This document shows, in pieces, positions 37,320 to 44,285 of a DNA stretch of 44,285 nucleotides (the first letter of the stretch is position 1; the number at the start of each line of letters is the position of its first letter). The stretch is from Nitrospirota bacterium (GTDB lineage: Bacteria > Nitrospirota > Thermodesulfovibrionia > Thermodesulfovibrionales > SM23-35). Both the position numbers and the translations under genes were made by a program. Where the stretch lies: assembly GCA_043802315.1 (NCBI GenBank), contig JAZDLE010000036.1:1-44285 (forward strand), written 5' to 3'. The notes under the pieces are model-generated. The model had not been told where the DNA came from. It saw only the letters and a list, made by a program, of their open reading frames with translations, and ran no database searches.

Positions 37320-37751
37320 TCATTTCCTCGTCTTCCTGCATTTACTACAGTATCCCTTTATCTCGAGAGTATGGGTTACGCCTTCGAACCCTTTCTTTTT
37401 GCATATCTTATTCTGAAGACCTTCTAACGCCTCAGAATAAAACTCTATGACACTGCCGCATGAAATACAGAGCATATGATCATGATGGTTTCTGCCGAAA
37501 GTCTGTTCATAGTGGGCATGTTTTTCAGTTCTTTCCACCTGCTCAATGAGACCGCTTTCAAGAAGGAGAGGAAGAGTTCTGTAAATGGATGCCTTTGAAA
37601 CTTTTAGTCCTTTTTTCTTCATTCCGATATAAAGTTCCTCAGGGTCAAAATGGCCGTATCGAGAAGAAATATCCTTGAGTATCAACTCTCTCTCTCTTGT
37701 AAATTTAAGACCTTTACTCTTAAGATGTTCTCTGAATACCCTTTCTCGCAT
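37320..37751 (-). CDS. fur: Fur-family metalloregulator
   Basis: 143 aa with ..LK.T..R..IL......GHF..EELY......G..VS.ASIYRTL..L...GLI.., HHDH..C..CG..IEF and a C-terminal CxxC. Confidence 0.85.
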   Translation of the reverse strand: MRERVFREHLKSKGLKFTRERELILKDISSRYGHFDPEELYIGMKKKGLKVSKASIYRTLPLLLESGLIEQVERTEKHAHYEQTFGRNHHDHMLCISCGSVIEFYSEALEGLQNKICKKKGFEGVTHTLEIKGYCSKCRKTRK

Positions 37752-37754
37752 TTC

Positions 37755-38426
37755 CTATCTCTTTACATAGATTCCTTTCGCTATCTCTTCATCGATAGCA
37801 ATTGTTGTCTCATCTATGCCTATGACATAAGAAGGTTTTTTCTGCTGGAGTTTAACAGTCCCCCCAGGCATAAGTCCTATAGCTGTGAGCTTCTCCATGG
37901 CAGGGGTGGTTATGAATACAACCCTTGCAGTTACACCGACTTCCAAATCCGTGAGACGTTGTACGAGAGGTTTAACTTCTCGTGTATAGAGTCTGCAGCA
38001 GTTACCTCTCGGTATTGCTCTTCCATGAGGGCATGTAGGTGGATGTCCTAAGAAAGTGCATATAGCCTCTTCTACCTCAGGACTTATCACATGCTCAAAA
38101 CGGCATGCATCCTCTTCATAATCATTTAAAGCAAGGACATCGACAAAAAGTCTCTCAGCGAGGAGGTGTCGTCTTGTTATGTCCCTTGCCCTATATCGTC
38201 CTTTTTCCGTAAAGTGAACTTTATTTTCCTTGATTACTATTAAACCATCCTTTTGCATCTCGAGAATTTCCTTTTCATTACCAAGTTCATTTATGAGATC
38301 AGTGAAATTTACTTCTCCATCTTCAGCCAGCTCCCATATTGCCTCAAGTGCCTCGTCTTCAAACATGCTTTTTTCAGTCCCAGAAGCTGTCAGAGACCTA
38401 CAAAGCTTTTTCTTTTCAGGCATCAT
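37755..38426 (-). CDS. DtxR/MntR-family metal-dependent repressor fused to a C-terminal FeoA (SH3-like) domain
   Basis: 223 aa. It has a wHTH, a dimerisation/metal region (..ITRRHLLAERLFVDVL....EEDACRFEHVISPEVEEAIC..LGHP..CPHG) and a FeoA-like end (LTDLEVGVTARVVFI...MEKLTAIGLMPGGTVKL). Confidence 0.8.
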   Translation of the reverse strand: MMPEKKKLCRSLTASGTEKSMFEDEALEAIWELAEDGEVNFTDLINELGNEKEILEMQKDGLIVIKENKVHFTEKGRYRARDITRRHLLAERLFVDVLALNDYEEDACRFEHVISPEVEEAICTFLGHPPTCPHGRAIPRGNCCRLYTREVKPLVQRLTDLEVGVTARVVFITTPAMEKLTAIGLMPGGTVKLQQKKPSYVIGIDETTIAIDEEIAKGIYVKR

Positions 38427-38519
38427 GTGCCCTCCTGTTCGCGTCTAAACATAATAAACAATTTGTTTTATAACCTGGTGTCCTCCCCTTACACCCTCCA
38501 TAAGGAGATAAAACGAATC

Positions 38520-38531
38520 GAATAATTATCA
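38520..38531. promoter_or_regulatory. Fur-box-like AT palindrome (gAATAATTATCa) in the feoB-dtxR spacer
   Basis: The core ATAATTAT is palindromic and resembles half of the GATAATGATAATCATTATC consensus. It lies about 95 nt upstream of the dtxR-like start. Confidence 0.3.
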
Positions 38532-38555
38532 TATAAAATTTCTGCATATGCAAGT

Positions 38556-40547
38556 CTATATACTTATATGAAAGTGCATGAGAACCCAATTCAGCAACCC
38601 TCCAAAAAAAATTGCCATCGGAGATATTATCACTACCATGGTAAGAGCCATCTTAAGGCCCTGCTCCTTTATCAGCATGAAGAAATGTGCTAAACAGGGA
38701 ATAAAAAGAGTTATTGTTACGAGACTTACCACAGACTGGATAGGTGTGAGCAATCCCTTTTGCGCCATAGCAAAAAGACCTGCTGCACCATAGTCTCTTC
38801 TTAAAAATCCGATCAAGAATGCCTCTGTTGTTTTTTCTGGAAGCCCAAGTATGTTTACGACAACAGGTGCAGCAAAACTCTGGATAAGGCCGAGGAGGGC
38901 CAGCTTGGAAAGGACGAAGAGGATAAACGTACCGAGCATAAAAAGTGGCACAGCCTCTTTGAGATACCAGATGACCCTGCTTGATGTCTTGACTGCTATA
39001 TTGGTAAGAGTCGGCTTCCTTAAAGGTGGGATCTCAAGAAAAAATCCCGGTTTTTCACCGGGCACAATCTTTGAGGCAAGATATCCAGAAAAAAGAAGAA
39101 CCCCAAGAATACTCAGCACCCATATTGACATGGCCTTTGCAGAAAGTGCTCCGAGCATCCCCATGATCACCCCAAGCTGTGCAGCACAAGGTACTGCCAG
39201 GGCAAGGAGAAAGGTTGCTATTATTCTCTCCCGCCTTGACTCAAGTATCCTTGTTGTCATAACTGCCATTGTGCCACATCCCAGACCAAGAACCATGGGA
39301 AGGACGGCCTTTCCGCTTAATCCCAACATATTAAATACCTTGTTAGACATGATGGCAAGCCTTGGCAGATAACCACTATCTTCAAGTATTGCGAAAGCTA
39401 TAAAAAAAGTTGTGGTTAGAGGGAGGATTATCCCTATGGCATATTTCAGTGCCATTGTGATGAGTCCATATTCACCAATGAACATCTCTTGGGCTAACGG
39501 AAAAGGAATAACTGATTTTACGACTTTTATGGATAATGGGATAAGGTATGCGTCGAATATTTTATCCTCAAGCAGACCCACAAGGATCCCAGCGCCAAAG
39601 ACACCAACAAACTCATAAAGACCGAAGAGTACAATAAGGAGAATAGGTATCCCCCATAACGGATGCATGCTGAACCTTCCGAGGTTAGATGCAAGAGAAC
39701 TACCTAACTGGGGAATCTTCTCCATGACCCTATCTGCTATCTCGGCTGCCGTTTTCAAGCGGGTCTCGTTGATAATCACACTGATAGGTCTTTTGAACCT
39801 TTCTTGACACTCATTCCTGAGGCTTTCCAGTTCATGGATGACCTCTACTTCAAGATTTGTATTGAGCCATTCTCTCAGGCTTTCATCACCTGAGAGTATC
39901 ATGAGCGCAATAGACCTTTTTGAAACATTTGCTTCTGGCAGATAAAAAGAGACCTTCTCTATATATTCTTCAATCAGAGAGTCATAGCAAACAGTGATTT
40001 CTGGCACCTTACTCTTTTTGCTGATAGCTGCCTTCAGGCTTCTCATGCCTTTTCGTTCAGGTGCAATGGTGCTTACTACCTCAACCCCTATTAATGACTT
40101 GAGCTTCTCGATGTCAATGTTTATCCCTATTTCTCTGGCTTCATCCTCCATGTTGAGATCAAGGATTACAGGCATCCCCATCTCGCCAAGCTGGGCAGTC
40201 AATAGAAGAGTTCTTTTGAGGTTTTTTGAATCACCAACTTGCAAAACCACAGAAGGTTTGTCATTCAGGAGGATGTCCCTTGTGACTTTCTCATCTTCAC
40301 TCATGGGGATAAGGTTATTAACACCAGGAGTGTCAACGACGAGGTATTTTTTCCCGTCAAGGCTTATATTGGCAAAGGAAACTTCTACGGTTGTGCCAGG
40401 ATAATTGGATACAATTGCATATTTCCCTGTCAGGAGGCCAAATATGACGCTTTTCCCAACATTGGGGTTTCCGATAAGGGCAACCCTTTCATATCCTTTC
40501 CCCCCTTTATGTCCTCTATATCTATGCCTTAATCGGTGCTCATGCAT
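38556..40547 (-). CDS. feoB: Ferrous iron transporter B
   Basis: Start at ATG 40547 (MHEHRLRHRYRGHKGGKGYERVALIGNPNVGKSV.. with the G1 motif), followed by ..DTPG.. and a polytopic C-terminal permease. The tracked start at 40745 would overlap the upstream gene and adds non-FeoB-like sequence. Confidence 0.9.
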   Translation of the reverse strand: MHEHRLRHRYRGHKGGKGYERVALIGNPNVGKSVIFGLLTGKYAIVSNYPGTTVEVSFANISLDGKKYLVVDTPGVNNLIPMSEDEKVTRDILLNDKPSVVLQVGDSKNLKRTLLLTAQLGEMGMPVILDLNMEDEAREIGINIDIEKLKSLIGVEVVSTIAPERKGMRSLKAAISKKSKVPEITVCYDSLIEEYIEKVSFYLPEANVSKRSIALMILSGDESLREWLNTNLEVEVIHELESLRNECQERFKRPISVIINETRLKTAAEIADRVMEKIPQLGSSLASNLGRFSMHPLWGIPILLIVLFGLYEFVGVFGAGILVGLLEDKIFDAYLIPLSIKVVKSVIPFPLAQEMFIGEYGLITMALKYAIGIILPLTTTFFIAFAILEDSGYLPRLAIMSNKVFNMLGLSGKAVLPMVLGLGCGTMAVMTTRILESRRERIIATFLLALAVPCAAQLGVIMGMLGALSAKAMSIWVLSILGVLLFSGYLASKIVPGEKPGFFLEIPPLRKPTLTNIAVKTSSRVIWYLKEAVPLFMLGTFILFVLSKLALLGLIQSFAAPVVVNILGLPEKTTEAFLIGFLRRDYGAAGLFAMAQKGLLTPIQSVVSLVTITLFIPCLAHFFMLIKEQGLKMALTMVVIISPMAIFFGGLLNWVLMHFHISI

Positions 40548-40564
40548 ACCATTTCTACCGCTTT

Positions 40565-40579
40565 CTAATTGAGAATTAG
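40565..40579. promoter_or_regulatory. 6-3-6 palindrome CTAATT-gag-AATTAG just upstream of feoB, a candidate metalloregulator operator
   Basis: Read directly from the sequence. It lies 18-32 nt upstream of the feoB ATG. It matches neither the canonical Fur nor the DtxR consensus exactly. Confidence 0.3.
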
Positions 40580-40731
40580 TTTCAGTTGCAATTATAAAAG
40601 ATATGGGATGCTTTGTCAAGCTACTAGAAAAGTCAAATGAGATATGACTTATGGTTTGCTTTTTAAAAGGGACTGTGGTGAGTTGAAAATATAAGTAAAT
40701 GAAGTTACAGGGGGAGCACAACGAGAAGTAT

Positions 40732-41646
40732 TTACTGAGAGCCAATCGTTATATCGAAGTTATATAAAGCTTCCCCACCATGACCATCAGTTACCTGTAC
40801 CGTTACAGGATGTCTGCCCTTATCCTTTACACTCGCCACCCAGGTGATTAACCCTGTTTTATCTATAACCATGCCTTTAGGTGCCTGTTTGAGGGTATAT
40901 GTAAGGGTATCGCCATCAGGGTCGGCAGCCTTTATTTGATACGTATAAACCTTTCCATCGAAATGCAGTTTCTTATCTTCAATAATCATTGGGGGCATAT
41001 TCTGTATTTCCCTGTGCAGAATAACTGGAGGGCCATAAATCTCTCCGTCAAAAGGAGTTATGTTGACAGAAATCTTGTCTCCTCTCTTGAGGGGAACATC
41101 GAGTCGTTTGCCATTCCCTGCAGGCTCTCCGTTTTTTGTCCATTCGTATGCAATGGTTACATCGTCTCCATCTATGTCACTTCCAGAAACCTCAACATTC
41201 AAGGTGTCACCTAATTTAAATATCTCAGGGAGGATTTTAACTCTGGTAATCTCCGGTGGAGCGTTTTCAATTTCTATAATGCCAGACATTATCTCTTTGC
41301 CATCTATAACTGCCTTTACTTGGACCTTATCACCCTTTTTTGTCTCTCTGGCGTTGAATTGAGAGGATAGGGGACTCTGGGTTAACTGCCCATTTACCAA
41401 CCATTCTATCTTCGCATCAGAAAGATTAAAGCCTTGAGCAATTACCTTTAATGTTGATTTGCGTGAAGCATTGACAGGAGTAATTTCCAATGCATAGGGC
41501 TCACTCCTTGGAGAGACAGATGGCTGAGATTGTTCGGAGGCAGTCCTGCTTTTTACTCCTGTAGACTTTTGTGTGCTATCAGTAAATTTTTCTGAAGAGC
41601 AGGATAAAAATAAAAAGAGAGCTATACAACAGAAAAACTTATTCAT
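40732..41646 (-). CDS. Lipoprotein with tandem Ig-like (cadherin/dystroglycan-type 'putative Ig') domains
   Basis: 304 aa with the lipobox LFLSC. Repeated beta-rich modules carry ..GSDIDGDDVTIAYEW.. and ..YTYQIKAADPDGDTLTYTLKQAPKGMVIDKTGLITW.. Confidence 0.6.
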   Translation of the reverse strand: MNKFFCCIALFLFLSCSSEKFTDSTQKSTGVKSRTASEQSQPSVSPRSEPYALEITPVNASRKSTLKVIAQGFNLSDAKIEWLVNGQLTQSPLSSQFNARETKKGDKVQVKAVIDGKEIMSGIIEIENAPPEITRVKILPEIFKLGDTLNVEVSGSDIDGDDVTIAYEWTKNGEPAGNGKRLDVPLKRGDKISVNITPFDGEIYGPPVILHREIQNMPPMIIEDKKLHFDGKVYTYQIKAADPDGDTLTYTLKQAPKGMVIDKTGLITWVASVKDKGRHPVTVQVTDGHGGEALYNFDITIGSQ

Positions 41647-41738
41647 TGATAACCATACCTCTTATGTCATTCTGAGGCGAAGCCGAAGAATCTCTAAGCC
41701 ATTCCATTGATAAATCTTTCTAATTAGGGTTTTTGCTT

Positions 41739-42422
41739 TCAATATAGATAAAGAACAGAGAACTTAGCCCTTTCAGATGGATTCGCTGCATTTTCTGCAT
41801 CTACTTCTATCGTATAAAGATACGGATAACTCATTACCCGTATTTCACCAGAATTAGAATCCACCACTCGATTGTTTATCAGACCTTCGTCTCCTGCGCT
41901 ATTACCCTCAACTGTGTCCACTATTTTTGAATATACATTATATGTAGGAACTGTCCCGAGAGTAAAGACCATGTCATAGGAAGTACCTGTATTAGGGTTG
42001 ATGACCATGGTGTTATCACAACCAGCCCAAGAAGTAGTTGGTGTATTAAGTTTTGCTGCTAATCCTGTAAAAGATGTTCCAGATAGATTTGTACCGGTAC
42101 AAGTAGCGGGTGTTGTAATAGCAGGAGCAAGAGCCGATAAATCACTTAAAAAAGAGGCAGTTCTTGATGTATCTCCTCTAAGCCCAGCAAGCTGATAGGT
42201 GATGTCAGTGCCGCCCATAGCAGCCTCAGATGCGGTTTTGTATCTTTTTTGCATACCTGAAATCTGGGTTCCCGTTGTTATCATATAGATCAATCCTGCC
42301 ATGATGACGAGCGTAATAGCCGAGAGCAAGAGAACCATTACAAGGGCAATGCCTTTTTCGTTCATGAGTTGAGAACTCGACTGCTGACTTTTGACCTCTG
42401 GCTGCTGACTTCTCATGATCAC
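41739..42422 (-). CDS. PilX-like minor pilin / pseudopilin
   Basis: ..EKGIALVMVLLLSAITLVIMAGLIYM.. followed by ..YKTASEAAMGG.. has a PilX_N-like layout. ATG 42422 overlaps the upstream stop (ATGA). An alternative start, ATG 42365 (MNEKG..), would skip the SQQPEVKSQQS segment encoded by a duplicated decamer. Confidence 0.55.
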   Translation of the reverse strand: MIMRSQQPEVKSQQSSSQLMNEKGIALVMVLLLSAITLVIMAGLIYMITTGTQISGMQKRYKTASEAAMGGTDITYQLAGLRGDTSRTASFLSDLSALAPAITTPATCTGTNLSGTSFTGLAAKLNTPTTSWAGCDNTMVINPNTGTSYDMVFTLGTVPTYNVYSKIVDTVEGNSAGDEGLINNRVVDSNSGEIRVMSYPYLYTIEVDAENAANPSERAKFSVLYLY

Positions 42423-43606
42423 CTCAGATTATTCGGTCTTACAACCAATGTGTATAATTTCCACCGATAATTTACGTTTGCCCCAATATCAAAATTACGT
42501 CCTCCTCCGATGGCAGGGTCGCCGACATATATTGTCGTAGGCGTATGAGTGTAATTTACATCTCTTTGTCCCTCGTGGGCTAAAACATATACTCTTACCT
42601 CTTTTACCTGATCTCTTATCTGTTGGGCTGTAAGTGCGGATATGTCATCAGTAGTGTTATCAATAGTCCCATCACCGTCAGTATCCCGGCGATAGACTAC
42701 CTGCATATCAGCAGCACAGTCAAGAAGTGGGAGGAAGTTATAGTTTCCACCAGCATCATGGTTCATTGTAGCTTTGAAAAGGATGCCTGTATTTGGAGCA
42801 CACCTCTGGGGCGTATTAGTAGCTGGTCTTTGGATAAAATAATCTGACCTGTTGAACGGTCTTACAGGAAAGCTTGCGCTGCTATCGTTAACGCCGTATA
42901 TAATATGAGTGTCCGTTGAAACCGTTGGTGCAAAGCCAGCGGTAATACTGAATGTTGTAGTAAATGCTCCACCACTCACAATCAGTGACCTGCTGTTTAA
43001 ATCAGTGCTTCCCGGAAAAACAACGATTACCCTGTCTGTTCCGTTGAGGTCTTCGCTTGCAATGCCCCATGTCCTTTTGGTATCGCCTGAGGTTTGCGTA
43101 GTCCATTTTTGGCATGCATCATTCCTGGCGACATTTACAGCTTTTATCACCAAATAATCTGAACCATCAAAGATGTCATTTGGACTGCTGAAAGTTGCAT
43201 TATTTGCGCTAACAAGAGCCTTAGGTGCATCATTTGGTGCATCATTGAGATTGAACGGATTTGTTCCTCCTTCACTATAACCGGGTAGATGTTCCCAGAA
43301 ATTTCCATCACCATCAGTATCAGCAATTCCTGTTACATTCCATGGCAATCCGTACCCTGCATGCCCTATATCCTGCTTTAAGATCTCGAGACCTACAATT
43401 CCCTCTATATTGGTCTCAGCTATCTTGCTTTGTTGCTTGAATTGGGTTAATAGTCCCGTAAATATCTGGGAACCTGCCGCCATAACAAGCACAAAGACAA
43501 CCATTGTTATCAACAACTCTATTAAAGTAAACCCTGCTTTAGAGTTAATCCCCCCTTGCCCCCCTTTAGTAAAGGGGGGATGGGGGGATTTTTTGCGCTT
43601 AATCAT
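42419..43606 (-). CDS. PilW-like minor pilin with a prepilin N-terminal cleavage/methylation motif; the leader peptide is expanded by a palindromic element
   Basis: 395 aa. MIKRKKSPHPPFTKGGQGGINSKAG/FTLIELLITMVVFVLVMAAG.. is the class III signal. The ATG overlaps the upstream stop (ATGA). Confidence 0.7.
   Translation of the reverse strand: MIKRKKSPHPPFTKGGQGGINSKAGFTLIELLITMVVFVLVMAAGSQIFTGLLTQFKQQSKIAETNIEGIVGLEILKQDIGHAGYGLPWNVTGIADTDGDGNFWEHLPGYSEGGTNPFNLNDAPNDAPKALVSANNATFSSPNDIFDGSDYLVIKAVNVARNDACQKWTTQTSGDTKRTWGIASEDLNGTDRVIVVFPGSTDLNSRSLIVSGGAFTTTFSITAGFAPTVSTDTHIIYGVNDSSASFPVRPFNRSDYFIQRPATNTPQRCAPNTGILFKATMNHDAGGNYNFLPLLDCAADMQVVYRRDTDGDGTIDNTTDDISALTAQQIRDQVKEVRVYVLAHEGQRDVNYTHTPTTIYVGDPAIGGGRNFDIGANVNYRWKLYTLVVRPNNLR
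43547..43590. repeat. G/C-tract nested palindrome (intact copy) inside the prepilin leader-coding region
   Basis: aatccccccttgcccccctttagtaaaggggggatggggggatt. The - strand CDS reads it as SPHPPFTKGGQGGIN. Confidence 0.9.
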
Positions 43607-43980
43607 GGTCTCCTCACTATTGTTGTAATGCTATGAATATAGTTCTCGCCCTTCCATGTCCATCCCACTGTGATATCCACTCTGTTGACAGTGTTGAGAT
43701 TGGTAACCGTCATTCTTGTAGTATATGGAAAATTTGTTATGCTTCTGATGTTTCTTGTAATAGGTATATCTGCGCCATCTGAAACCAAAGAATCAAAAGG
43801 TGTGTTCCTTGCCTCATTCATTCTCATCTCAGCAATGCCGACAGCCTCATCTCTCAGTACATTCCTCATATTTGCATCAATCGATACCAATGCTGTCTGC
43901 ATCAGGGCAAGGGAGACTAAAAGAAGTACTACAAGGGCAATCATTACCTCGACAAGGGTCAAGCCTTTTTTATTTAGCAT
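43603..43980 (-). CDS. PilV-like minor pilin (prepilin-type N-terminal methylation domain)
   Basis: MLNKKG/LTLVEVMIALVVLLLVSLALMQ.. ATG 43980 is preferred because it gives a short leader. The tracked start is 44001. Confidence 0.7.
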   Translation of the reverse strand: MLNKKGLTLVEVMIALVVLLLVSLALMQTALVSIDANMRNVLRDEAVGIAEMRMNEARNTPFDSLVSDGADIPITRNIRSITNFPYTTRMTVTNLNTVNRVDITVGWTWKGENYIHSITTIVRRP

Positions 43981-44285
43981 CACAATTTGTAGTCGTTGCA
44001 TTCCATTTCCCCATATTTATTCTTGTGGCAAATAATACTATGCAGTCATAATCTGGATCTACAGTCGAAGTAACACTAATAGTCCCATTAGGAGATACGA
44101 GCCCCCTATTGTCAAATGTAATATTACCACCACCCCAGGTTAAAGCATATTGAATTGTTTTAGTTGGCAGTACTAGAGCATCGTTTGCAATTTCAAGAGT
44201 TCCGTTGCCGTCAGGCACAGGATCAGTGTCTTCAAATATTCTATAAGAGGTTGTATTAGGAAAATTAACAAAATGCACCCTGTTT
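43970..44285 (-). CDS. GspH/FimT-like pseudopilin, C-terminal part (the 5' end lies beyond the window)
   Basis: The reading frame stays open to the window edge. The C-terminal beta-rich region contains ..GGGNITFDNRGLVSPNGTISV.. as in FimT/GspH proteins. It is the first gene of the minor-pilin string. Confidence 0.5.
   Translation of the reverse strand, partial: NRVHFVNFPNTTSYRIFEDTDPVPDGNGTLEIANDALVLPTKTIQYALTWGGGNITFDNRGLVSPNGTISVTSTVDPDYDCIVLFATRINMGKWNATTTNCDAK

Noticed and set aside
40548-40731. A hidden small feoA ORF upstream of feoB.
   Set aside because: No open frame of FeoA size (~75 aa) exists in any frame of this 184-nt spacer.
41660-41692. The motif gtcattctgaggcgaagccgaagaatctc downstream of the PilX-like gene, reminiscent of short repeats seen in other genomes.
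   Set aside because: There is a single copy in this window and only a weak internal hairpin (ggc-gaa-gcc). It cannot be supported as a repeat family from this sequence alone.

Overview
A 44.3-kb chromosomal segment of an AT-leaning bacterium. Gene content and the type of repeats suggest a deep-branching anaerobe or thermophile, for example Nitrospirota/Thermodesulfovibrio-like, but this is only a guess. I support about 47 protein genes, no rRNA or tRNA genes, and no CRISPR array. Most of the window is tightly packed housekeeping DNA on the - strand. (1) 1-3376: a glycolipid or envelope glycosylation cluster (UPF0104 membrane protein, GT2, PAP2-GT39 fusion). (2) 3401-15724: cobA/hemD, then a long co-oriented string pheA-hisC-aroF-tyrA-aroA-cmk-plsC-ispH-rpsA-sppA-ihfB with many overlapping stop/start junctions. 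(3) 16101-21718: PilZ, YceI, tsaD, a frameshifted DUF2064 gene, a LolA-like protein, a lipoate-ligase-family protein and a small membrane protein. (4) 21848-24263: a small accessory patch holding vapBC, a group II intron RT fragment, an IS4-type transposase fragment and a damaged wHTH + nucleotidyltransferase pair. (5) 24453-29609: SDR, MoaE-like protein, CBS protein, class IV aminotransferase, deoC, a lipoprotein and a Zn-phospholipase-C-like protein. (6) 29735-37025: an archaeal-type Rnl3 RNA ligase and its PIN partner, a MobB-like protein, topA, dprA and argG. (7) 37320-41646: an iron module (fur, dtxR-feoA fusion, feoB, Ig-domain lipoprotein). (8) 41739-44285: a minor-pilin operon (FimT/GspH-like, PilV-, PilW- and PilX-like). 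I found no clear multi-gene novel system such as a defence island. The most unusual signals are these. (a) A dispersed family of about 45-nt G/C-tract nested palindromes. Three of its four intact copies are inserted in-frame in conserved genes: aroA, the GT39 enzyme and a prepilin leader peptide. Each encodes PP[FL]xKGGx[GE]G. (b) A second hairpin repeat that shows compensatory substitutions between its two copies. (c) In-frame TAG codons in cmk and in an NTase gene. In addition, every TAG-terminated gene that has a close same-strand neighbour is in frame with that neighbour. (d) A 125-nt long-stem structured element lying exactly between the RNA ligase and its partner gene. All functional calls come from motif recognition by eye, and no database search was possible.
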